A stretch of DNA of 53,121 nt from an uncultured Chloroflexia bacterium (GTDB lineage: Bacteria > Chloroflexota > Anaerolineae > B4-G1 > SLSP01): contig CAVVUS010000026.1 of the NCBI GenBank assembly GCA_963751345.1, positions 1-53,121 on the forward strand. Direction: 5' to 3'. Shown here in pieces: positions 42,014-51,537 of the stretch. Numbering within the stretch: position 1 is the stretch's first letter; each line of letters starts with the position of its first letter. The notes under the pieces were generated by a model, which worked only from the letters and a program-made list of their open reading frames with translations, made no database searches and was not told where the DNA came from. The position numbers were made by a program, and so were the translations under genes.

Positions 42014-42660
42014 AACCGAACGTCGTCTTGCTCCTACTGCTCCTGCTGGCAACCATGGCAGGCTGTGCGCGAACGGCACCGTCAAGCTTGCCGATGCCCC
42101 TTCCGACCTCCTACATCGTCGCCGACGATTTCTCGCCCCCCAATCCCGGCTGGGCACGCTTCGACACTCAGGATAGCGCCGTCTACGCGCTTGCCGGGGA
42201 GCTATTCCTGGAGGATCGCGGCGGGGGAACCTCCGTATACTCACCGCTCATCGGCTATGACGATGCGGATGTCCTGATCGACGTCGACGTCCGGCACGTA
42301 CAGGGCTCCGTCAACAACTGGATGGGCGTCTTCTGTCGCCAGCAAGATGAGGACAACTACTACCTCCTGGCAATCAGTGCCGATGGCTACTATCTGCTTC
42401 TACGCGTTGTCAACGGTGAGGAAACCGCATTGGTAGGACCGGAGTACAGCGACGTCATCCACGAGGGAAAAGCCGAGAACGCGCTGCGCGCACGCTGCCA
42501 GGGTTCCACGCTGACTCTGTGGGTCAACGATCAGCGTCTTGCCACGTACAGTGACGGCGCGCTGCGCGACCCGGGGAATGTAGCCCTTTTTGCGGATGCC
42601 GTGCAGCGGGGCGACATCGTCGTCGTGGCATTCGACAACTTCGTGCTGGCGAAGCCGTGA
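42010..42660 (+). CDS. Lipoprotein with a ConA-like/DUF1080-like beta-sandwich domain
   Basis: Lipobox MAGC; G..CR.QD..NYY...IS.DG.Y, LTLWVND, FDNF. Confidence 0.75.
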   Translation: MKPNVVLLLLLLLATMAGCARTAPSSLPMPLPTSYIVADDFSPPNPGWARFDTQDSAVYALAGELFLEDRGGGTSVYSPLIGYDDADVLIDVDVRHVQGSVNNWMGVFCRQQDEDNYYLLAISADGYYLLLRVVNGEETALVGPEYSDVIHEGKAENALRARCQGSTLTLWVNDQRLATYSDGALRDPGNVALFADAVQRGDIVVVAFDNFVLAKP

Positions 42661-42663
42661 GGG

Positions 42664-43322
42664 ATGAACGACGTTTCCACGTTAGCACGTTTGAACGTTC
42701 CAACGTGTCAACGTCTCCACCTTGGCCTGCTCGTCCTCTGGCTGGTGGCGCTGGTCGGCTATTTCGGACCGTGGATCGCGAGGAAGCCCGTCAGCGCGGC
42801 GCTGGCTGGAACGCGTACGACCTCTACGGGTCTGCTGCGCTTCTGCCGGAGATCGAGAGCGGTGCCCTGACCGTGAACCTGCAGACGCTGCAACTCCCCC
42901 TATTGGGTCTTGCCGCGCTCTTGCCGGCGCTGGCAGCGTGCCGGCGTCTCGGGGTGCGGATAACAGCGGCGCTGATCGGCGCCGTCCTGGCAGCAATGAC
43001 GCTCCCTCCCTATCCTGAGATCCTTACCGCTTGGCGCACACCCGGATGGCGCGTGCCTTTCTGGTGGGGGATAGGCACGATGCTGGTTTGCCTCGCCGCT
43101 ATCCGGCTCATGCCCGAATTGGGACGATATCGTGCGTGGTGGATGGTGGGCATCGGAGAGATGGCGATCCTGCCGGCGGTCGCCACCCTCATCCGTCTGC
43201 TCCCCGCGCTGAGCACATTGCACGCAGCACGGGTCACGCCAGGTTGGGGCTTCTGGGCCTGCGTCCTGGGGACGGGCACCCTCAGCGGCGCCGCTGCGCT
43301 CATGGCGTGGAAGGAGCGCTGA
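42664..43322 (+). CDS. Hypothetical membrane protein (indels near 42808-42840)
   Basis: GYFGPW...AYDL...LPE...LPPYPE with 5-6 hydrophobic segments; TGATG coupling to the next gene. Confidence 0.7.
42671..42718 (+). repeat. Period-8 ACGT tandem array, copy 1
   Basis: ACGT at 42671, 42679, 42687, 42695, 42703, 42711. Confidence 0.9.
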
Positions 43323-43594
43323 TGGAAGAGAAGAAGTGTGGACACACCCTCGCACATCTGCACGAGATCAAAGCAAAGTACGAATCCACATTGCTGGCCA
43401 AGGCGAACGTTGTCGCCGTGGGTATCGGCATCCCGATGCGCGACGGACGGCCGGCTGCAGAGCCGGGCATTATCGTCAGCGTCACGCGCAAGGCCGCGGC
43501 CAGCGAATTGGATCCGGAAGACCTCATCCCACACGTCCTTGAGGACGTCAGAGTGTGGGTCGAGGAAATCGGCCGGCCCCGGGCAGCGGATTGA
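43322..43594 (+). CDS. 90-aa protein homologous to the N-terminal domain of the downstream protease
   Basis: NVVAVGIG...IIVSVTRK...SEL...DLIP...V.EIG..RA aligns with the protease N-terminus; AAGGAG RBS. Confidence 0.8.
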   Translation: MEEKKCGHTLAHLHEIKAKYESTLLAKANVVAVGIGIPMRDGRPAAEPGIIVSVTRKAAASELDPEDLIPHVLEDVRVWVEEIGRPRAAD

Positions 43595-43630
43595 TCCGGC
43601 TGACGGTGAGGAGCTGAGGAAGATGAGCCG

Positions 43631-44647
43631 ATGGATATGAGTGACGGGGTTCTGCAGAGCAAGAGAGAGATCGCCCGCCAGGCAGCAGGGGATCTGTTCG
43701 GCCTGAGAAACGTCGTAGCCTGCGGGCTTGGGTACAAGATCTCGGAGGGACGACAGACCGATGAGCTCAGCCTTGTCGTATCGGTGACACGGAAGATGCC
43801 ACCGTCCGAACTCCGGGTCAAAGATCTGGTTCCCAAGGCCTATGCCGGTCTGACGACCGACGTGGTAGAGACGGGGCACATTCGAGCATTGATGGCCGAA
43901 GACCCCCGCGCGCGCAGGCGCCCGGCCCAGCCCGGTATCTCCATCGGGCATCGCGACATCACCGCCGGGACCTTTGGCCTGTTGGTCCAACGCGCCGGCA
44001 CAGCCTATATCCTCAGCAACAACCACGTCCTTGCGGACAGCAATGCGGGCAAGATCGGCGATCCGATCTATCAGCCCGGGCCGGCCGATGGGGGAACGGC
44101 CAACGACAAGATCGGGACGCTGATCGAGTTCGAGCCACTCGACTTTGGAGATACGGAAGCGGAGTGCCCGGTCGCGCAGACCCTGGCCGATCTACTCAAC
44201 CTGCTGGCCCGGCTGACCGGTTCGAGCCATCGCCTGCAGCCGGTGATGAAGACCCCCGGTCTCAACCTGTTGGATGCAGCGCTGGCACTGCCGGACCAAC
44301 CCGATTGGGTGATCCCCGATATCCTGGGCATTGGCATCCCTACAGGCAGCACAGAACCTACGCTGGGTCAGAGCATTCAGAAGACGGGACGCACGACCGG
44401 CTTGACCAAGGGGACCGTCACTCAGATCGACGTCACCGTCGACGTCGACTACGGGGGACGCACGGCGCGTTTCGCAGATCAGGTGTTCGCGAGCCCAATG
44501 AGCGGCCCAGGGGACTCAGGATCGGGCATCCTCGACACACGAGGCCGTGCCGTGGGCCTGCTCTTTGCCGGCTCCGAACTCATCACAATCTTCACGCCCA
44601 TCAGGCGCATCCTGGACCGCTTTGGCGTCGACGTGGTGATACTATAA
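43631..44647 (+). CDS. Trypsin-like (PA clan, NAL1-like) serine protease, no signal peptide
   Basis: AGTFG, LSNNHV (His), DAALA (Asp), GRTTG.T.G, GDSGS (Ser). Confidence 0.88.
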   Translation: MDMSDGVLQSKREIARQAAGDLFGLRNVVACGLGYKISEGRQTDELSLVVSVTRKMPPSELRVKDLVPKAYAGLTTDVVETGHIRALMAEDPRARRRPAQPGISIGHRDITAGTFGLLVQRAGTAYILSNNHVLADSNAGKIGDPIYQPGPADGGTANDKIGTLIEFEPLDFGDTEAECPVAQTLADLLNLLARLTGSSHRLQPVMKTPGLNLLDAALALPDQPDWVIPDILGIGIPTGSTEPTLGQSIQKTGRTTGLTKGTVTQIDVTVDVDYGGRTARFADQVFASPMSGPGDSGSGILDTRGRAVGLLFAGSELITIFTPIRRILDRFGVDVVIL

Positions 44648-44649
44648 AA

Positions 44650-44709
44650 ACGTTGGCACGTTTGAACGTTCAAACGTGCCAACGTGCAGACGTGCAGACG
44701 TACCAACGC
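44650..44709 (+). repeat. Period-8 ACGT tandem array, copy 2
   Basis: ACGT at 44650, 44658, 44666, 44674, 44682, 44690, 44698 (ACGC at 44706); fills the protease/recA gap. Confidence 0.9.
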
Positions 44710-44715
44710 GGCGGC

Positions 44716-45780
<1,065 letters not shown>

Positions 45781-45877
45781 CCACCTCCCCTAGGTTGCTC
45801 TTGTCCAGAAAACCGGAGCGATGGGCTGTTGCACAAAGCCCCGGAAGTTGGTAAAGAAGCTCGATCTTGTGTCTCCT

Positions 45878-45906
45878 ATTATAGTACAAACGTTCTACCA
45901 GTACAA
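45878..45906 (-). promoter_or_regulatory. recA promoter with a LexA (SOS) box in the spacer
   Basis: TTGTAC-N17-TATAAT; AGAAC-GTTT-GTACT at 45883-45896. Confidence 0.85.
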
Positions 45907-45950
45907 GAGGGAATCCGGCTTTCTTCAACGTCCACAAGGCTCGAGCCCTG

Positions 45951-47411
45951 CTATCTACGGCCCGACCGCGTGCGCGGTGATGACCGCTTGCTCCCTCCAA
46001 GATACGGAGGAACCTGGATCTCGTAGATCGTGCTCCGCGAGGCATCCATGAAACGAATCGCGATCTTCTGATCCAGTTCCCTCATCGCCACCACGGTCGT
46101 GACCACGGTGGGCAGCCGGGCAACGTAGCGGTAGTTGATCAGTTGGAAGAGCTTTTCCTTGGCCCACGGTGTCGCGCTCTCCGTGCCCAGATCGTCAAGC
46201 ACCAGCATCGGTGAGCGCCGGACCTCCTCAAACCGCCGGTCCAGCGAGAGGTTGCTCTGCGGATTGAATGCCGCCCGCAGATAGTCGAGCAAGTCGGGCA
46301 CCACCACGAAGAGCGCCGGGTGCCCCAGGCGGTCACGTTCGTTGGCGATGGCAGCTGCCAGATGCGTCTTCCCCACACCGTATGCACCGGTGAGGACCAG
46401 CCATCCTTGAGGGTCCGCGGCGTAGCTACGTGCCACGTCCAGGACATCCGCCAGATGCTGGACCTCGTTCTTGTCGAGTTCGTGACGCCGAAGATCGAAA
46501 GTGTCCAGTTTCATCTCCGAGTAGAGGGAGAGCGTGTTGAGGCTGGTGGTCTCGCGCTCTACACCCCCCAACCTATAGTCGGGTGCAAGAATCGTCGCCA
46601 TCTCTACCAGTTCGGGATCGGCGAGCCGCGAGCGCAAACGGGGATCCATACGCTCCAATTCGTGGTTGGTGGTAATCACGGTAGGCAGGCGCATCATATA
46701 GCGGTAGTTGAGCAGTTGGAAGAGCTTTTCGAGCGCCCACGGCGTCGCGTTCTCAGTGCCCAGATCGTCAAGAATCAGCAGCCGCGTCGTGCGCACCTGG
46801 TCGAAGCGATCGGAGTAGGCCTGCGACGCACCGGGCGCGAAAGCACCGCGCAGATGGTCGAGGAGGTCCGGGACGGTGACGAAGAGCGGTACAATGCCGC
46901 GCTTGAGCACCTCATTGGCAATCGCGGCGGCAAGATGTGTCTTGCCGGAGCCATATCCTCCCATCAACAACAGCCAGCCATCGAGGCGCCGGGCATAGGA
47001 GACAGCCGCGTCGTAGACACCACGGAGGTTCCGCTGCCGCTCTGCCGATAGACCGTGTCCGTCCGGACGGAACGTCTCAAAGGTGAACCGGGTGAGCGTC
47101 TCGAGGTTCCCAAGCGAGCGCAGCGTCTCGTTGCGGTGGGTCTGGATCTCTTCCATCCGGCACGTACACGGGAAGAGCTTGCCGAAGTGGGGATGCCCAA
47201 CCGGCACGTCCATGCGTACGTAGCCGATTCCATGGCAGATCGGGCAATTCGGATCGCCGACCCCGTCGACCACGTCCGCTACGTCGGCCATCTCGGTCCC
47301 GGTTCGCTCAATGGTGGACGAGTCTGTCGTAGGCGTCGTCGATGTAGCGTCGCGTCTCTGCTTCGCGATCTTGCTTGCCAGCTTCCCGGCCAGATTGTCG
47401 ATTGGTTCCAT
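45951..47411 (-). CDS. DnaC/IstB-like helicase loader with a Zn-finger and two tandem AAA+ domains
   Basis: CPIC.G.G...PCTC; two copies of G.YG.GKTHLAAAIAN and LDDLGTE.ATPWA.EKLFQL.NYRY; start could instead be 47291. Confidence 0.88.
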   Translation of the reverse strand: MEPIDNLAGKLASKIAKQRRDATSTTPTTDSSTIERTGTEMADVADVVDGVGDPNCPICHGIGYVRMDVPVGHPHFGKLFPCTCRMEEIQTHRNETLRSLGNLETLTRFTFETFRPDGHGLSAERQRNLRGVYDAAVSYARRLDGWLLLMGGYGSGKTHLAAAIANEVLKRGIVPLFVTVPDLLDHLRGAFAPGASQAYSDRFDQVRTTRLLILDDLGTENATPWALEKLFQLLNYRYMMRLPTVITTNHELERMDPRLRSRLADPELVEMATILAPDYRLGGVERETTSLNTLSLYSEMKLDTFDLRRHELDKNEVQHLADVLDVARSYAADPQGWLVLTGAYGVGKTHLAAAIANERDRLGHPALFVVVPDLLDYLRAAFNPQSNLSLDRRFEEVRRSPMLVLDDLGTESATPWAKEKLFQLINYRYVARLPTVVTTVVAMRELDQKIAIRFMDASRSTIYEIQVPPYLGGSKRSSPRTRSGRR

Positions 47412-48033
47412 CTCGTCCTTCGCTCTGCCAGTGTTCCAGGATGGCAAGAATGTACTTCCAATTGCGTTTGTTCAACCGCGCAGCCTCGCGGAACGCGTCC
47501 TCGATCCACTCCGCGGGATAGGTCCGCTCCGCATCCATCAGATCCTCGCTCAACAGAGCCGTTAACGGCCCAATGGTCTGCTCGTAGAGGGCAAAGATGT
47601 TGGGGCGTTCCTCGACCGTCGCCCGCGTCAGGGCGACACCGCGACGCAGAGCCTCCACCGACGAGCGTCCCTGCGGGCTGTTGGCGAAGTACCGGACCTC
47701 CACGGTATCGTCCGCGCTCTTCGACGGGACGGCAAGCAGAACCCCGTGGTCGACCGATTTGGCTAGAGCGCCCTGCAGTCTCGTCACGTAGTTCTGCCCG
47801 GGCAATCCCATACGCAACACGGCGTCAGAGAGAAGATCGCGATCGGTGATCCACGGTGCCCCTTCGGCGCGCATCCCCGCCAATCGCCACAGGACGTGCA
47901 GGACCACCTTCACTTCGTCAATATCGTCGAGATTCGGCAGCAGATCGCTGAAGATCGACTCGGGCAGCCTGACCGTCGCCGTCGCACCCTCGTGAAAGCC
48001 GGAGAAGCGATAAGTACGGTTGTGGCTCACCAT
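47308..48033 (-). CDS. DnaD-domain replication protein
   Basis: LPE..FS.LLP...E.KV N-terminal domain; RPNIF.LYEQ.IG.LT, W..DAF.EA..N.R.W.YI..IL..W. Confidence 0.88.
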   Translation of the reverse strand: MVSHNRTYRFSGFHEGATATVRLPESIFSDLLPNLDDIDEVKVVLHVLWRLAGMRAEGAPWITDRDLLSDAVLRMGLPGQNYVTRLQGALAKSVDHGVLLAVPSKSADDTVEVRYFANSPQGRSSVEALRRGVALTRATVEERPNIFALYEQTIGPLTALLSEDLMDAERTYPAEWIEDAFREAARLNKRNWKYILAILEHWQSEGRDGTNRQSGREAGKQDREAETRRYIDDAYDRLVHH

Positions 48034-48042
48034 GGTGTCACG

Positions 48043-49410
48043 CTAGATTCCAATCGGCGGCGCCGTCGCCCCGTAGTCGTCGGGCGCGGCTTGTGCGTAG
48101 ACGTCGGCAAACTGGGTCAACCGTTTGTTGAAGTAGACCTGCACCGTGCCCGTGGGCCCGCTGCGATGCTTTGCGATCATCACATCCGCGACGTTGGGGT
48201 TCTCGGTGTTCTCGTTGTACAGTTCCTCGCGGTAGATGAACATCACGATATCCGCATCCTGCTCCAGGGATCCGGACTCGCGCAGATCGGAGAGCACCGG
48301 GTGCTTGTCCTGGCGTTGCTCGACGGCACGGGACAACTGCGAGGCCGTCATCAGCGGTACGTCGACCTCGCGAGATAGACCCTTGAGCGAGCGGGAGATG
48401 AACGAGACCTCCTGCACGCGATTGTCAGAGCGCATGTCCGAGTCCATCAACTGCAGGTAGTCCAGGAAGATCATATCCAGTCCGCGCTCCGATGACAGCC
48501 GGCGGCACTTCGTCCGCAGTTGCAGGACCGTGATCGCCGGGGTATCGTCGATGTAGATCGGAAGCTCGGAGAGATGACCGATAGCCTCGGCAAAGGCAGG
48601 CCACTCCTCCTCCTTGAGCTGCCCCAGGCGCAGACGCTGGGCGTCAATGCCGCTCACTTGGGCGACCAGACGCTGCACCAACTGCTCGGCAGACATCTCC
48701 AGGCTGAAGAAGGCGACGACCTTTCGCTGCTCGGCGGCGTGCAGGGCAAAGGTGAGCATGAGCGACGTCTTGCCGACACCGGGGCGGGCAGCAAGGATCA
48801 GGAGATCGGAACGCTGAAAGCCCCCGAGCACCCGGTCCAGATCCCGGAACCCCGAGGGCACGCCCATCAGCTCGCCGCGATGCGCGTAGAGGTTCTCTAT
48901 GTGATCGTAGTAACGCGGGACGATCTCCTGGATCGGCTGGAGATCGCGCGTGAGTCGATTCTGCGAGACGCCGAAGAGCGCTTTCTCCGAGTGATCGACG
49001 ACACGTTCGACCGGCAGCGTCTCGTCATAGGCAAAGCGTGCGATGTCGCTGGCGGCATCCAGCAGGCGGCGGCGCACCGCAGTCTGCTCGACCAGCCGCC
49101 CATAGGACTCTACGTTGATCGCCGAGGGAACCGCCGTAATCAGTTGGGAGATGAAGGCATCGCCGCCCACCGCATCGAGGTGGTCCAGCTGGGCCAGCTC
49201 CGTCGTCAACGTCAGGAAATCGACGGGGTCCCGACGCTCGTGAACGCGGATCATCGCTTCGTAGACCCAGCGGTGCTTCTGCAGGTAGAAATCCCCCGAC
49301 TGCAGAAACGGCAGCACACTATAGATAGCCTCAGGGTCGATCAGCAGCGCTCCAAGCACCGCCTCTTCCGCCTCTGTATTGTTGGGTACTGTCTTGTCCG
49401 GCACGGCCAT
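48043..49410 (-). CDS. dnaB: Replicative DNA helicase
   Basis: AEEAVLG, AARPGVGKT, FSLEM, DYLQL, SQLSR, SDLRESGSLEQDAD, K.RSGPTG. Confidence 0.98.
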   Translation of the reverse strand: MAVPDKTVPNNTEAEEAVLGALLIDPEAIYSVLPFLQSGDFYLQKHRWVYEAMIRVHERRDPVDFLTLTTELAQLDHLDAVGGDAFISQLITAVPSAINVESYGRLVEQTAVRRRLLDAASDIARFAYDETLPVERVVDHSEKALFGVSQNRLTRDLQPIQEIVPRYYDHIENLYAHRGELMGVPSGFRDLDRVLGGFQRSDLLILAARPGVGKTSLMLTFALHAAEQRKVVAFFSLEMSAEQLVQRLVAQVSGIDAQRLRLGQLKEEEWPAFAEAIGHLSELPIYIDDTPAITVLQLRTKCRRLSSERGLDMIFLDYLQLMDSDMRSDNRVQEVSFISRSLKGLSREVDVPLMTASQLSRAVEQRQDKHPVLSDLRESGSLEQDADIVMFIYREELYNENTENPNVADVMIAKHRSGPTGTVQVYFNKRLTQFADVYAQAAPDDYGATAPPIGI

Positions 49411-49450
49411 TGTAATCGTAGTCCAGGTTATTAGGTCAGTCGTTTGGCTA

Positions 49451-49488
49451 ACGTTCGAACGTTTTCACGTTCAAACGGTTCAGCGTTC
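49451..49488 (-). repeat. Period-8 ACGT tandem array, copy 3
   Basis: ACGT at 49451, 49459, 49467; degenerate units at 49475 and 49483; directly after the bfn stop. Confidence 0.8.
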
Positions 49489-49989
49489 TTATTCTCGATC
49501 GTGAGGTTCGTCAAGATCCAATGACGAGAGGAAATCACGGAAGGCCCTCAGGGACTCGGACTCCCCCTCCCCCTGGCCTCGAATATCCTGCTCCGGGATC
49601 ACGCCCGCATCTTCCATCACCGACTCTGCAACGTAGATGGGCACGTTGAGTCGCACGGCAATCGCAATAGCGTCACTGGGCCGCGAGTCTACCTCGAGTT
49701 CACTATCGCCGATCGATATCGTCAACGTCGCATAGAAAGTGTTTTCGGACAGATCACCGACTTGGATGTAGAGCAGCTCTGCGTCCACAGCATCCAGCAG
49801 ATTGACGATCAGATCGTGTGTCAGAGGTCTCAGGACATCGATCCCCTTGGCGCCCACCGAGATCGCCTCAGCCTCGCACGGGCCAATCCAGATCGGCAGG
49901 TACCGCTCTGCTTCAAGTTCCTTCAGGACGACGATGCGATGCGATGAGACAAGACTGACCTGGATTGTCTCAACCTTTACCTCAATCAT
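49489..49989 (-). CDS. Bifunctional nuclease family protein (DUF151)
   Basis: LPIWIG..EA.AI, RPLTHDL, DSRPSDAIAIA; GGAGG before ATG 49989. Confidence 0.92.
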   Translation of the reverse strand: MIEVKVETIQVSLVSSHRIVVLKELEAERYLPIWIGPCEAEAISVGAKGIDVLRPLTHDLIVNLLDAVDAELLYIQVGDLSENTFYATLTISIGDSELEVDSRPSDAIAIAVRLNVPIYVAESVMEDAGVIPEQDIRGQGEGESESLRAFRDFLSSLDLDEPHDRE

Positions 49990-51480
49990 AGTGTCCTCCC
50001 AGGCAGGTAGTGTCGGGCAGAGGGTGTCGGTGCCCCCCATTATACCCTCCGGCACCCCAGGCCACAAACACACAGACGACGGGCACGACGGGCACATAGA
50101 ACCTATCGTAGGCGATGGGGCCGGGTAAGGCCACATAATAGAGCACCGTACCCAGCAACAGCAGATCGATCCAAGGCCTGGGCCGCAGCCGCCACGCCCC
50201 TCGCGCCGCCAACGTCGCGACGCCGATCCTGCCCAGGAGCAGGCCCCACCACAGGACCGCAGCCCCCGGAGGTATCCGCGAGATACGCTCGGTCCAGAAG
50301 GCATGCAGCGCGTCCCCGACTGCATCTCGACGCAGTGACCATGCCATCCGCTCCCAGATGTCGGGAACAACCCCTGTCTCCAGCCACTCTCTTCCCGTGG
50401 CCACATGGTACCACAAACGATGCCCCGGATCGATAAGACTTCGCAGGACACCCCGTGCGTGAACGCGCAGGTAGGTACCGAGATGCTGAAAGACCAGCGC
50501 GCGGGCAGCCGCCGCGACGTCACGCTGTTGTTGGCTCCGGACGTCGCAGAGCGGCTCGCCCGCGGTGGTGCCGGCAGGGCTGCTCGCCGAGGCCAACTCA
50601 CCGTAGATATACTCCCACGTTTCCGTCCACGGCGCCACGTCCAGGCCCTGCAGTTCGGCCTCTGTCGCCACGGCACTCACCCGCGCCAGGTTCTCCTCGA
50701 AGGCGGTGGAGAGCACCCAACGTCCCAGGACCAGGCGGTTCCTCAGCACCCAGGGGAGCAACACCACAGCCAGCGTCGCGAGGAAGGCGGCCCCGATCCG
50801 CCACCCACGACGAGTTCGCCCTGTCGCCAGCCTGAGAATCACCAGCGCAAGTACGGCGACCACGAGGTACTGGACGTTCGGCTTGATCAGGAGCGCCAGC
50901 CCCCATCCCACGGCGGCCCATGCGGCGCGTGCCGGTGTGGGGCGGCGGAACAGCCGCACCGTGGCCCAAAGCGCCGCCATCTGTACCGGCAGGAGAAGAG
51001 CCTCGGAGAGCAAGTAGCCCGTATACCGCTGCGTCGTGCCGTTGAGGGCGTAGAGCAAGCCGGCGACGAAGGGGATCCAGCTCCGGAACCCTTGGCCCGC
51101 CGAGCCGTAGGGCGGGCCAAGGGTTGGAGAAACAGCCCGCGCCAGCAGCACGACCCACGCGGTGGTCAGGACCTCCAGGAGGATCTGAACGAGAACGGCA
51201 GCCTGCGGATCGCGGCCCAGGGCCAGGTAGGTGCCGATCAGGAAGAGCGGGTAAAGCGGCGTGCGAACCGCCGTCGCGCAGAAGGGGGGATCCCAGCCGA
51301 TGGCGAAGCCCCGTCCCTGGAGGACGTTCACGGCCAACAGATGGAAGCCCTCGGCATCGACCGGCGAGATGGGATTCGTGGGGAAATGCTTCAGCCACGC
51401 GGCACGCGACGAGGGCGGTCAGCAGCAGGGGCACCCACGCCCAGAGCAGGAACGCCCTTTGTGACAGAACCGAAGATGGG
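49982..51480 (-). CDS. ArnT/PMT-like GT-C membrane glycosyltransferase (indel near 51410; start approximate)
   Basis: DAEGFH.LA.N...G.GF, RTPLYPLFL, LLSEAL, L.KPN, PW.LRN, RF.VP. Confidence 0.8.
50039..50067 (-). promoter_or_regulatory. Promoter candidate for bfn-dnaB, lying inside the 3' end of the GT gene
   Basis: TTGTGG-N17-TATAAT on the minus strand, 50 nt before the bfn start. Confidence 0.55.
51087..51125. repeat. Perfect 15-bp hairpin inside the GT coding sequence
   Basis: AACCCTTGGCCCGCC-GAGCCGTAG-GGCGGGCCAAGGGTT (39 nt). Confidence 0.85.
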
Positions 51481-51537
51481 CGAACCCTCTCCGCAGGTCT
51501 CGCCTTATCCCCGGTTTCCCTATCCCGTCTCACTTCC

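Noticed and set aside
42671-44709. CRISPR array or integron attC call for the ACGT arrays
   Set aside because: Period is 8 nt with no unique spacers, and there is no cas or integrase gene in the window.
45951-47411. IS21 istB or prophage replication module
   Set aside because: No istA, terminal repeats or phage genes; the context is core dnaB/recA.
49990-50676. 228-aa N-terminal extension of the DUF151 ORF
   Set aside because: It is an alternative frame of the GT gene; the real start has GGAGG before ATG 49989.
51495-51537. Pyrimidine-rich quasi-repeat after the coaX stop
   Set aside because: Unit spacing is irregular (5-9 nt), so a defined period cannot be supported.
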